Virus record (IMG/VR): IMGVR_UViG_2630968500_000004
Coordinates: 1-18,011 of that record
Length of the DNA stretch: 18,011 nt
Source: a virus
Lineage: Duplodnaviria > Heunggongvirae > Uroviricota > Caudoviricetes
Strand: one strand, 5' to 3'
Position numbers and translations under genes: made by a program. Shown here piece after piece: positions 9,276 through 17,354 of the stretch. Position 1 is the first letter of the stretch; the number at the start of each line of letters is the position of its first letter. A model generated the notes under the pieces. That model worked only from the letters and a program-made list of their open reading frames with translations, ran no database searches and was not told where the DNA came from.

Positions 9276-9464
9276 CTAACGCCGTGGTGATGGTTTGCGC
9301 CAGTGGTACTCTTGCGCGGTCATGCGTTGACGATGGCGCTCTTTTGCTGCGAGTGTACCGGCGACTCTACACCGCAATTCAAGCTTGTCAGCAGCATTTA
9401 GCGTAACCCCCTGCTGAGTTGCCATCTCGACTATAGCAGACTCGATCACTTCTGATTTCAGCAT
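9276..9464 (-). CDS. Small hypothetical protein (62 aa)
   Basis: Frame of minus ORF 9276..9473. ATG 9464 preferred because GAGGTGG lies 8 nt upstream. Last gene of the minus-strand operon. No family recognised. Confidence 0.4.
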   Translation of the reverse strand: MLKSEVIESAIVEMATQQGVTLNAADKLELRCRVAGTLAAKERHRQRMTAQEYHWRKPSPRR

Positions 9465-9515
9465 GAAAACCACCTCGCAAATATTGTTATATGTGACATG
9501 TCACCGAGCACACTA

Positions 9516-9989
9516 TTAGCCCATAAACCGACGATAAGCCTCTCCGGCTTCTTCTGCGGTAAGGCTTGTGGTCTCCGCCCTGATCGGCCCGCCGTCCTTA
9601 CCTGTAGTCTCGACTTTCAGCTTATTGGTGTAAGCATCTCCGCACTCTTTTGCGGCCTGTTCGATCAGCTGCGCCGTCAATGCGTAGTTTTTTATCGCCT
9701 CGGCTCGGTTTGCCATACGATCCAGCATTCGCAACCGGTACGCTTTGTTAGCGATCGGGATATCGGATATTTCACTCTGGAACCGGGCGCGAGTGTGGTT
9801 AAAGAGCTCGACCCACTTTTTGCTAAGATTTTTAGCCATCGAATTTTCAGGGTTGTAGGCCGATATCTGCTGCCGGGTAACAACGATACCAAAATCTTGT
9901 TTTACAAGTTCGACAATTCTTGATGGAGGTTCATAGCAGGCTAAAGATTGAATAATCATCACCTTAGCCATAGTTGGTAATGCTGCCAT
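9516..9989 (-). CDS. Phage small-terminase-like / DUF2280-like protein (tentative)
   Basis: 157 aa. N-terminal segment (IIQSLACYEPPSRIVELVKQDFGIVVTRQQISAY) resembles the HTH-type N-terminus of DUF2280 / small-terminase-like phage proteins as I remember them. Recognition is from memory and unverified. Confidence 0.45.
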   Translation of the reverse strand: MAALPTMAKVMIIQSLACYEPPSRIVELVKQDFGIVVTRQQISAYNPENSMAKNLSKKWVELFNHTRARFQSEISDIPIANKAYRLRMLDRMANRAEAIKNYALTAQLIEQAAKECGDAYTNKLKVETTGKDGGPIRAETTSLTAEEAGEAYRRFMG

Positions 9990-10081
9990 CGCTCACCTTT
10001 TGACAAAGGAAATCAAAGTAGCGCACTGAGTTCTGACCTCCCGCGCCGCTACTTAAAGTTACATATCACGCCATCTGACCG

Positions 10082-10261
10082 TCACCCTACGTTATTTCGC
10101 ATGGTTTCCGCTGTGCGAGATTCTTCGCTGATCGCACTCTCACCGAAGCTGCCAATACCATCTGGTTCCGGCTGCCCGTTGATATCATCCAGCCAGGTAC
10201 GAACCTTACCATTCTGGCTGGCTCCGCTTTCTTCTGGTTTCAGTTTTTCAATATTGCTCAT
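10082..10261 (-). CDS. Small acidic hypothetical protein (59 aa), absent from the ORF track
   Basis: Hand translation of the minus strand: MSNIEKLKPEESGASQNGKVRTWLDDINGQPEPDGIGSFGESAISEESRTAETMRNNVG. Its ATG (10261-10259) overlaps the spike-gene stop TGA (10260-10258) as ATGA, suggesting translational coupling. Confidence 0.3.
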   Translation of the reverse strand: MSNIEKLKPEESGASQNGKVRTWLDDINGQPEPDGIGSFGESAISEESRTAETMRNNVG

Positions 10262-10920
10262 TGTGGTTTTCCTGTGTTGCTGCCGCCTGATTGTACACCG
10301 CCGTGGGTATGGTTAATCTGGCTGATACCGTTGGCCGTTTGGTCGCCAGTGGAAGTGATCGTTCCGTTTACCTGCACGGGCCCGTTAAGGGTGATTTGAG
10401 AGCTGGTAATCGTAATGGCTCCACCAGCGGCCACTTCTACAAATGCCGCGCCATCATCGGTTCGCAGCTGCGCGGCGCTGGTACTGATACCGCTGATTTT
10501 CTTCACCTGCGACTGCGGGCCAGGAATCACGAACGCATCCGACAGATCTAAAACACGCCCGTCAGCTCGCTCCTGCACACCGCCGTTTTGCCACCAGAAA
10601 TCAATCGAACGCGAAGAGAATACGATAAGGCACTCATCACCTTCTTTGATAGGGAAGGTCAGGGTCACGCCACCGCCACGAGGGAACACAACTGGCAAAT
10701 CAACCAGAATAGGATACCTAACTGATTCATACTGATAGTCTTCCTCGACGGTGCCGGGTTTCGTCATTCTGGCAATTATTGCTACGTCGACGTCACAGGT
10801 CACTGTTTCCGGGTCAAATGAACGGATAATGCCTGGTAAGGCATTCTTTACCGCAGCATTGCTATTGCTCTGTATTTGGTTAACCGTATCTTGCTCATTG
10901 GCAGGTCGAATAAATGGCAT
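10258..10920 (-). CDS. Phage baseplate central spike protein, gpV / Gp138-type
   Basis: Frame of minus ORF 10258..10965. N-terminal LPGIIRSFDPETVTCDVDVAI is an OB-fold-like spike signature; C-terminus INHTHGGVQSGGSNTGKP carries the HxH apex motif typical of P2 gpV-type spikes. Start chosen at ATG 10920 (GGGG 5 nt upstream); the alternative TTG at 10965 would overlap the preceding gene. Confidence 0.6.
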   Translation of the reverse strand: MPFIRPANEQDTVNQIQSNSNAAVKNALPGIIRSFDPETVTCDVDVAIIARMTKPGTVEEDYQYESVRYPILVDLPVVFPRGGGVTLTFPIKEGDECLIVFSSRSIDFWWQNGGVQERADGRVLDLSDAFVIPGPQSQVKKISGISTSAAQLRTDDGAAFVEVAAGGAITITSSQITLNGPVQVNGTITSTGDQTANGISQINHTHGGVQSGGSNTGKPQ

Positions 10921-10930
10921 AGCTACCCCA

Positions 10931-11278
10931 TCAACCTGATATACGTTTACAGTCAAACGAGCCAATAATGCGAGGCTCGTCCATATTGCCGCGAATCAAC
11001 TCAACATTAAGCCAGCGTTTATTGCTTCCGTTCGGGTGAATGTATTCAAAGCCGTACATATTCCCATCACGCGCAGGCATCAATGTCATCTCAACTTTGA
11101 GTCCATCATCACCGAGTTCAGTAATTTTTTGAGATGTAACCATTTCCCCGTTAACTCTTGTCATTTCGCCGACTTTGGCAACAAGATTGAAGTTTCCACA
11201 TTGTGAAATTACTGTTCCAGTATTTGCTAAAGCATTAGTGGAAAGTATCACGGATAAGAAAATGAATGTTTTTTTCAT
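10931..11278 (-). CDS. Secreted protein with a cleavable signal peptide (115 aa), low-GC insert
   Basis: N-terminus MKKTFIFLSVILSTNALA followed by NTG: a classic Sec signal with an AxA site and no lipobox cysteine. Codon usage is visibly AT-richer than both flanking genes. Two cysteines in the mature part. Confidence 0.6.
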   Translation of the reverse strand: MKKTFIFLSVILSTNALANTGTVISQCGNFNLVAKVGEMTRVNGEMVTSQKITELGDDGLKVEMTLMPARDGNMYGFEYIHPNGSNKRWLNVELIRGNMDEPRIIGSFDCKRISG

Positions 11279-11282
11279 GCAG

Positions 11283-12374
11283 TTACCACTTATTTAGTGT
11301 TTCGCCAGAATAAATATCAGTAGCGCCCCGAGCTTCACAAGCCAGATCCATATACCATGCCTGCCCTCTGGTATCGCCGGTATAATTTATATACCGAACC
11401 TTATAAACACCGTCAGTTGCAATGCTGGCAGGTTGAGAGGTTGGTGGCGCATCAATCAGGTTTCCATTGGCATCCTTGATCTTCGTTATTGGTACAAGGT
11501 TTCCATCAATATCTTTTTCGACAAATCGCCCACTAAATATATCCTGATTCGACAATGGATTGCGGTACACCGACGCCTGATCCAACTGAATAAGCCCATT
11601 CAGTTGAATACTTGAATTGATTAAACAGCGTACATTAACCCCAGCTCCGATAGTTTGCTGAGGCATGCCCACCAGCCCAGTATTTGAGTTTAATACTACG
11701 GCCTGATGTGCCGCTGTATCTCTGGCAATCATGTCGACCTTGCCGTAACTAAACTGCCAGGTAGCCTTACACTGCGCAGCTACCTCATCAAGATAGTTAT
11801 GCACGTAACCAAAGAAAGCTCGCCCGCGAGGAAATACCGTTGATGGAAAAACCGGAGTGATACCGCGCCCGATACCATAGGGTTCCAAGCTCGTCATGAG
11901 AAGGTTATAGACGTCTTCAGTGGTGTAGCCTTTCTGAATGGTCGTACTGACGAACGCGCTGACAAACGCTTCTTCTGAATCACAGGCCTGCACGAGAATC
12001 CAGGAATCGACGAGATTATCCTTACCGGTCACTGTAAAACGGATATCACCGCTAAAGATCATCCCATAGTTTTGCCCATTGGTTTGACCTACCTGGTCAG
12101 GTGAAATCTCCCGGACGACACCAACTTCACTCTCCTGAACATCCTTAGCCAGGCCATCATATCCCGCTATCAGAACAATCTTGGCAAACTCACGCTGCAT
12201 AATACGGTTCTGAGTGGTCGGTGAAAGGTTGTAGATCTTGACCGTCGCGACAGCTGGCCATTTGTTATCGTTACGCTCTATATCAAAGGTAACTTTGAAA
12301 TCACTAAGGCTAATTCCTTTGCCATTCTCATCGATGAGCTGTAGCTCGAAATGGCGCATCCAGTTATATGACAT
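11283..12374 (-). CDS. Phage tail/baseplate protein, possibly a gpD-like hub (tentative)
   Basis: 363 aa, with an AGGAA ribosome-binding site. N-terminal beta-rich pattern (HFELQLIDENGKGISLSDFKVTFDIERNDNKWPAVATVKIYNLSP) resembles the N-terminal domain of P2 gpD / Mu gp44 hub proteins, and it sits upstream of the spike gene as in Mu-like tail modules. The coding call is solid; the hub assignment is weak. Confidence 0.5.
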   Translation of the reverse strand: MSYNWMRHFELQLIDENGKGISLSDFKVTFDIERNDNKWPAVATVKIYNLSPTTQNRIMQREFAKIVLIAGYDGLAKDVQESEVGVVREISPDQVGQTNGQNYGMIFSGDIRFTVTGKDNLVDSWILVQACDSEEAFVSAFVSTTIQKGYTTEDVYNLLMTSLEPYGIGRGITPVFPSTVFPRGRAFFGYVHNYLDEVAAQCKATWQFSYGKVDMIARDTAAHQAVVLNSNTGLVGMPQQTIGAGVNVRCLINSSIQLNGLIQLDQASVYRNPLSNQDIFSGRFVEKDIDGNLVPITKIKDANGNLIDAPPTSQPASIATDGVYKVRYINYTGDTRGQAWYMDLACEARGATDIYSGETLNKW

Positions 12375-12379
12375 AGTCG

Positions 12380-12547
12380 TTATTCCTGAATTGATGCCAG
12401 CGCTTTCGCCACCAGCCCACGGGCAATTTGATGGACAGACGGCGCTACGCCAATATCGGAGCGCTGACGTTCGCGCTCCTGGATCTTGCAGATTGCGGCG
12501 AACTGGTCGCCAGAGAGTAATACCGGCTTAACGTTTGGCTTTTTCAT
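12380..12547 (-). CDS. Small basic hypothetical protein (55 aa)
   Basis: Frame of minus ORF 12380..12640. ATG 12547 preferred (GGAGTG 6 nt upstream). Overlaps the 3' end of the upstream gene by about 20 nt. Confidence 0.4.
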   Translation of the reverse strand: MKKPNVKPVLLSGDQFAAICKIQERERQRSDIGVAPSVHQIARGLVAKALASIQE

Positions 12548-12716
12548 CCTGTTCACTCCAGAACCGTGCGTTTGCTTCGTTGAGGTTTGCATTGTTGCGA
12601 CACTCGCGATCGAAGTTATTGCGAGCCTTTGCCGCCTCAAGGTCTTGCCGGGTCAGCATCGGACGGCGTGTACTCTGTGGGTTGCCTGCTGCTAATTTTG
12701 GGTTGTATGTAGCCAT
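12528..12716 (-). CDS. Small hypothetical protein (62 aa)
   Basis: Frame of minus ORF 12528..12725. ATG 12716 preferred: strong TAAGGAGTG ribosome-binding site 8 nt upstream. Confidence 0.45.
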   Translation of the reverse strand: MATYNPKLAAGNPQSTRRPMLTRQDLEAAKARNNFDRECRNNANLNEANARFWSEQDEKAKR

Positions 12717-12728
12717 GCTGATCACTCC

Positions 12729-13280
12729 TTACCTTGTGCGGTGCCAGAAGCTGGCATTATCGGTGTTGATCTGGCGGAGAGAGTCGCCAGTGGTGAGAGT
12801 CTTCGGCGTTACGTTATTGGCCTTCATGTAGTCGCCCACCTGCTCCAGCACGTCGATAGCCTGATCCAGCGGGATTTCTGACAGCGGGGTCGGGTGTACG
12901 GCGCTGAACGCCTCAACAGGGGCATAGCGCAGCACATCGAGCGCGACAATGCGCGGGTCGGCGTCGGGCAGCGCTGAATCGTACTTTGGCGCTACGGCGC
13001 GTACCAGCCGCATGAACTCGGCATTCATGGCCGTTGGTGCTGTAGACGTTGGAGAAGCGCCGCTACCACTTCGGGTAATCATGTCACTATCGCGGGTGTA
13101 CATACGACGCAAACGGTCGCCGGTTGCAATGCGTGTAGCGCGTTCCTGTTTAAGCGTTGTTGCAAGATTTGCAATGATAGCCGCTACCTGTGCGTTACAG
13201 GCAAATACGGCTTCGCTTCCATCCGCGAACGTGACCACCCCGCTTTCACCAGATATAGAGATGTTTGAGATTTCTTGCAT
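12729..13280 (-). CDS. Hypothetical protein (183 aa), first gene of the minus-strand operon
   Basis: ATG at 13280-13278; long ORF with no recognisable family by eye. Followed by tightly spaced or overlapping downstream genes. Confidence 0.55.
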   Translation of the reverse strand: MQEISNISISGESGVVTFADGSEAVFACNAQVAAIIANLATTLKQERATRIATGDRLRRMYTRDSDMITRSGSGASPTSTAPTAMNAEFMRLVRAVAPKYDSALPDADPRIVALDVLRYAPVEAFSAVHPTPLSEIPLDQAIDVLEQVGDYMKANNVTPKTLTTGDSLRQINTDNASFWHRTR

Positions 13281-13314
13281 GGTTCAGAACCTTAGTAATT
13301 GCTCGAATTCTGAT

Positions 13315-13333
13315 CATTGCACAAATTGCAATG
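13315..13333. promoter_or_regulatory. Operator-like palindrome CATTGCA-n5-TGCAATG upstream of the minus-strand operon
   Basis: 7-bp arms at 13315-13321 and 13327-13333. ATTGCACA recurs at 13406-13413. Located 35-55 bp upstream of the 183-aa gene start. Confidence 0.3.
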
Positions 13334-13428
13334 TTAGTAAATATCGTTGCGAATATTGAAATAATAAATCAACCTGTTACTATGGATATGAGTCACTATT
13401 GTGTGATTGCACAGCATGGTTAACAAAA

Positions 13429-13462
13429 GCCCGCGCCTCTCCAAGCGTGGGCTTTTTCTTTT
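13429..13462. terminator. Rho-independent terminator, potentially bidirectional
   Basis: 8-bp stem GCCCGCGC 13429-13436 / GCGTGGGC 13445-13452 (one G-U wobble), loop CTCTCCAA, TTTTTCTTTTC downstream and ACAAAA upstream. Confidence 0.5.
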
Positions 13463-13842
13463 CTGGTCAGCAACGTGTCTCTTTCCCTCATCGGTTACTT
13501 AAAAAATCGATTCCACGCCCGGTATACCCTTCAATCCCTCAAGCCATGCGCTTGCCAAGCCCATCATGTATACAAAACCGGGCAAAAATACATTGAGGGG
13601 TATACAGCCATACCCCAGCAGTGGCAGGGGTTAGGAGGCATTGATTATCAATGCGTGGGGTGTGATAACTTTTTGTGGATTTATTCAGCAAAAACACATC
13701 GGTGTATCCGGTGATGCGGTCAGAGATCTGACACGTTCCCCCCCCTGGTGATCGGCGGAAAAGTCCGCCGATGCTGATGCTGGCCTAACCTGCTTTCGAT
13801 GTTTTCGTTTTAGAGAAAACGCTATAGATAAACAAAAACATG

Positions 13843-14133
13843 TTGGTTCAGTCGGTTCAGTTGGTTCAATTTGTAAAGATTGTTGTTTTATAAGGTTTAT
13901 TTATTGATGAGTGAACCAACAAAGCCATGTTTTGAACCAACAATCGCTATTTTCGTGTTGGTTCAGTGGGAAAGATTTACAGGCCAGCCAGAAAAGGGTG
14001 TTGGTTCAATAGCGGTATTTGTTGGTTCAAAATGGGCGTTTGTTGGTTCAGTGTTGGTTCACTTATGAACATATAAGTATATTAAATACATACAGTTATC
14101 TTAATTATGTAGTTACTGAACCAACTGAACCAA
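13843..14133. repeat. Iteron array: 12 copies of the octamer TTGGTTCA / TGAACCAA (one degenerate); candidate origin of replication
   Basis: Forward copies at 13843, 13853 (cGGTTCA, degenerate), 13861, 13958, 14001, 14022, 14043, 14054. Reverse copies at 13912, 13933, 14117, 14126. Irregular spacing, AT-rich context, immediately 3' of the primase-helicase gene. Confidence 0.7.
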
Positions 14134-14158
14134 CAAAAAACAATCTCGTGTGTGTGCT

Positions 14159-16840
14159 TTATTCTTCGCCCTCTATCTCGTCGGGTCGTAGCTGGAGCAC
14201 ATAAACGTTTATCTGGCGTCCATCAATTCGTGGGGATTTACGCTGATACCCCCTTCCGCTGGCTGGCGGTTTCAGCACCCCAGCTCCGGCAAGCACACGG
14301 GCAAACTGTTTAGCATTAAAGCCCTGCGCTATCTCCTTTTCGAACGCAGCCGGAAAGGTGTAGAACACTACGGGGCTTTCGTCATGCTCGCCTTTCTGAC
14401 GGTATCCGGCTAAATCCCGGATAGGCATGTCAGCCGGGCTATACGGGAATGGCGCGAAACGGCTCAGGCCGTAGGCATTAAGAAACGCCTCCGCCTGCTC
14501 AATGATCTGCTTATGCTCACGGTTCCCCGTGCCGAACTCTTTTACCCAGGCGTTAAAGCCATGCTGGATGGCGTCCCGGCTTTCCTGCTCCCCCCAGCCA
14601 GTGACAGGCATCCCGAGCACCAACGCCGCCTCCAGAATAGCGAACCGCTCGCCTACACGATGAACCTGTTCGCCATAATCAGCAGGGATAAGACTACGCC
14701 AGCGCTCCTGCGCCGCTTTGACAGCTTGTTTCGCCTCCTGCTGGTGGCCTGCAAGCCATTTAATCCATTCACGGCCTGCGGCTCCGTGGTTCGTCTGGTA
14801 TGCCTCTTTGAGTGCGTCAGCGTGCTGCTTGCCGTTCTGGTACTCATGGTGCGATACGGATTTCTCCATCGGTAAATTAAGCAGTCGCACCAGTTGCCCG
14901 GCCTTAACTTTCAGCCCACCAGCAGAAAGAAACGTCTCAATGTCCATTTCCCCGGTACTGATCGCCACGGTACGCCAGCGCTTTAACTCGCGGTTGCCTC
15001 CCTCCTTCGCCCCCTGTAGCTTTCCGGCACCGTTAAACAGCGTGTAAGCAGACGTAGCAACGTCTTTCGCGCTGCTACCCTGCCCCACTTCGTCCAGGGG
15101 TAACAGGCTATCGTTATGCGCTTCCGCTTCGTTGGCGATACCCAAAGCAGTACCGTACCAGGTGAGGCGCAGGGCATCAGGTTCACCGTAAAGGCTGCTG
15201 GCTATATTGGCGGTCGTCGTCTTACCAGCACTGGACTGTTCGAAAAGGTGAACGCCGAAACCGTCAGCACCAACAAGCCCGATCAGCGGCGCAGACAGCG
15301 CAGCAGCAACGCCCAGCATCATTGACGGGTTGCCCAGCGCAAGGCGCGCCACCGAATCACGCCAGCTTTCCGGCGTTCCACTGACGGTATAGCCACCAGC
15401 CGCAGCACTCCGACCACTGAATAACAGCGGTATCTCTGGCTCACCAATAACATCACCATCCGGCATGATGTACGCCCCGCTGTGCCAGCCTGTGGTGTGG
15501 CTGATCTGCCATTCCTTGCCGCTACCGGTTCGCTGTAGCCAGTCGGCCAGAATCGCCCGCAACGATGGTTTGGTCGTTACACTGACACCGCCGTTTTTCA
15601 GCGTGCGCCATCCCTCACGGTCGCCAATGTCCTCCCATGGAAGCGCCCGGGTAACTTGCCCCCGGTTGCCGGGGACGTCCCAACGCAGGATCAGAAAGCG
15701 CTGTCTGGCGTTATCACTCCCCGCACCAGCAATCTCCAGCGGAGAGCATAGCCACGCCTCGGTATTGATAATTTCCCCTGTGTCTTTATCCACTTTCGGG
15801 GTGATCCAGTGAATGCCATCCGCACGGCTCTCTACTCGCGGTTTCAGATCGTCGTCGATACCGGGTTTTTTCTTGCCGCCGTCGATAGCTGTCAGTGTCG
15901 CGCCCACTTTCTTACCCTCCGGTTGGTACATTGAGTCGTTAAATGCTGCTGTGGCCGCTTCGAGGCCGTATTGCTGGTGGTAGTCGTTCCAGTCCGCTTT
16001 ATAGTCCACTGGTGGCATGGAAACCCAGCCAGAAACGGCTTTCGCTGCTTTCTCTGCGGCCTCCTTGCCAGTGTTAACTTTCACTCCTCCAATTCCGTCA
16101 CTTTCGCCGCTCTGATCGTTATCTGCGGCAATGATGATCTGCGCGTTCGGGTAGCGCTGACGCATCGCCATAGCAACAGCGGGGAGGTTCCCGGCGTCAA
16201 TTGCGGCCACCGCCAGCGCATCAGGTCGCATATGCTGACCGGATATGACTGTCGCCAGCCCTTCCCCGATCAGCACTACATTCGGCGTATCAACGTTACC
16301 CAGGGCAAAGAAAGATCCTTTTTTTACCGTGCCAGCCACCAGCCGCTTACTACCATCAGGTTTAATGACCTGCGCCCCGGTAATCGCCCCGGCTACGTTC
16401 GTCAATGTGATCAACATCGAGCCATCAGACAGCAGCGGGAAGGGGCGCTGTAGCCCCTTTGATGTGAGGTATTCCGATTGACCTGATACAGCCTTGGCAG
16501 CCAGCGCAGCAACCTTAGCCACGATATCGGTTTGAGGCTTCTCTCTGGCTGGCTGCTGTTCCGGCAGCGGCAGCGCCATCACTTCCGCCACCATCACAGC
16601 TGCCTCACGCGCACCGCACTGCCTGACCTTCATCACCAGATCCAGCCCCGTACCTGCGCCACAATGTGAGCAAAAGTAAGTACCTCGCCCGTCCTTGTCG
16701 TCAAAGCGGTAACGGGTATTGCCACCGCAAGCCGGGCATGGTCCCTCGCTGCGATTGGTTGGAATACCGAGCCGTTCAAAAATTGGCTGCCAGTGGCCGG
16801 TCGCCTTGATGCGCACATCGTTTATAAAATTATCTTTCAC
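14159..16840 (-). CDS. P4-alpha-like DNA primase-helicase (zinc-binding primase domain, Toprim, C-terminal ATPase)
   Basis: 893 aa. N-terminal zinc ribbon CPACGG ... CSHCG, Toprim-like acidic motif IIIAADNDQSGESDG, P-loop-like SSAGKTT in the C-terminal half. Architecture typical of satellite/island primase-helicases. Confidence 0.85.
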   Translation of the reverse strand: MKDNFINDVRIKATGHWQPIFERLGIPTNRSEGPCPACGGNTRYRFDDKDGRGTYFCSHCGAGTGLDLVMKVRQCGAREAAVMVAEVMALPLPEQQPAREKPQTDIVAKVAALAAKAVSGQSEYLTSKGLQRPFPLLSDGSMLITLTNVAGAITGAQVIKPDGSKRLVAGTVKKGSFFALGNVDTPNVVLIGEGLATVISGQHMRPDALAVAAIDAGNLPAVAMAMRQRYPNAQIIIAADNDQSGESDGIGGVKVNTGKEAAEKAAKAVSGWVSMPPVDYKADWNDYHQQYGLEAATAAFNDSMYQPEGKKVGATLTAIDGGKKKPGIDDDLKPRVESRADGIHWITPKVDKDTGEIINTEAWLCSPLEIAGAGSDNARQRFLILRWDVPGNRGQVTRALPWEDIGDREGWRTLKNGGVSVTTKPSLRAILADWLQRTGSGKEWQISHTTGWHSGAYIMPDGDVIGEPEIPLLFSGRSAAAGGYTVSGTPESWRDSVARLALGNPSMMLGVAAALSAPLIGLVGADGFGVHLFEQSSAGKTTTANIASSLYGEPDALRLTWYGTALGIANEAEAHNDSLLPLDEVGQGSSAKDVATSAYTLFNGAGKLQGAKEGGNRELKRWRTVAISTGEMDIETFLSAGGLKVKAGQLVRLLNLPMEKSVSHHEYQNGKQHADALKEAYQTNHGAAGREWIKWLAGHQQEAKQAVKAAQERWRSLIPADYGEQVHRVGERFAILEAALVLGMPVTGWGEQESRDAIQHGFNAWVKEFGTGNREHKQIIEQAEAFLNAYGLSRFAPFPYSPADMPIRDLAGYRQKGEHDESPVVFYTFPAAFEKEIAQGFNAKQFARVLAGAGVLKPPASGRGYQRKSPRIDGRQINVYVLQLRPDEIEGEE

Positions 16841-17055
16841 GGCTTAACCTCATCCACTGATTGAAACTCTGTTAAAAAACGCAAATCCGACTGCATACAC
16901 GGCGATGAGTAGCCATCACGATAAAATGTCACTCTGTTGAATCGGTAGCTTTCCACCGTCACCAGACAACCCCGCTTATCCTTCCATTTATCGCCTTTAC
17001 GAATCACAGGGCGAGCGAAGCCACTGGCAAGAGAGCCAGTTAATTTCTTTTCCAT
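16837..17055 (-). CDS. Hypothetical protein (72 aa) overlapping the primase start
   Basis: Stop overlaps the primase ATG; AAAGG upstream. No family recognised; not AlpA-like by eye. Confidence 0.45.
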   Translation of the reverse strand: MEKKLTGSLASGFARPVIRKGDKWKDKRGCLVTVESYRFNRVTFYRDGYSSPCMQSDLRFLTEFQSVDEVKP

Positions 17056-17057
17056 GG

Positions 17058-17354
17058 TTATTTACCTTTCGTCATCTGACGACACTGATATTCCGCATTG
17101 GCTGCGGTATCAGATAACGCTCGCGCCAGCGGCATTAATTCCATCAGCATCCCACCAATATCTCGGAAATCTGTTGCTGACGGCTCATATTCACCGTTCT
17201 CAGCACCACCAGCGTAGAACATCATCTTACCTACAGCGGCGATCCCATTCAGGATGCTATCGGCGGCGCACTCAGCACGGGAAGACAGCATCTGGAGATC
17301 AGATTTATCGGTATCAGGGAAATCGGTGCGCACAAAATCGTTGTAAAGGTTCAT
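17058..17354 (-). CDS. Hypothetical protein (98 aa) coupled to the recombinase gene
   Basis: ATG overlaps the recombinase stop (ATGA); GGAGGT 5 nt upstream. No family recognised. Confidence 0.45.
   Translation of the reverse strand: MNLYNDFVRTDFPDTDKSDLQMLSSRAECAADSILNGIAAVGKMMFYAGGAENGEYEPSATDFRDIGGMLMELMPLARALSDTAANAEYQCRQMTKGK

Noticed and set aside
10101-10316. 71-aa plus-strand ORF
   Set aside because: Antisense to the hand-translated 59-codon minus ORF and to the spike gene 3' end; hydrophobic low-complexity translation.
12949-13359. 136-aa plus-strand ORF
   Set aside because: Antisense to the 183-aa minus-strand gene and extends into the operator region; no ribosome-binding site.
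13399-13714. Plus-strand ORFs 13399..13596 and 13475..13714 in the control region
   Set aside because: They span the terminator and the GTATAC repeat region, have no convincing ribosome-binding site, and are Cys/His-rich without a recognisable fold. More likely non-coding regulatory DNA.
13843-14133. Repeat array as a CRISPR locus
   Set aside because: Repeat unit is only 8 bp, occurs in both orientations and has irregular short spacers. This is an iteron-type array, not CRISPR.
14513-16481. Plus-strand ORFs 14513..14875, 14718..15047, 15465..15812, 15971..16453 and 16245..16481
   Set aside because: All are antisense within the 893-codon primase-helicase gene. Translations are C/S/R-rich and unprotein-like.
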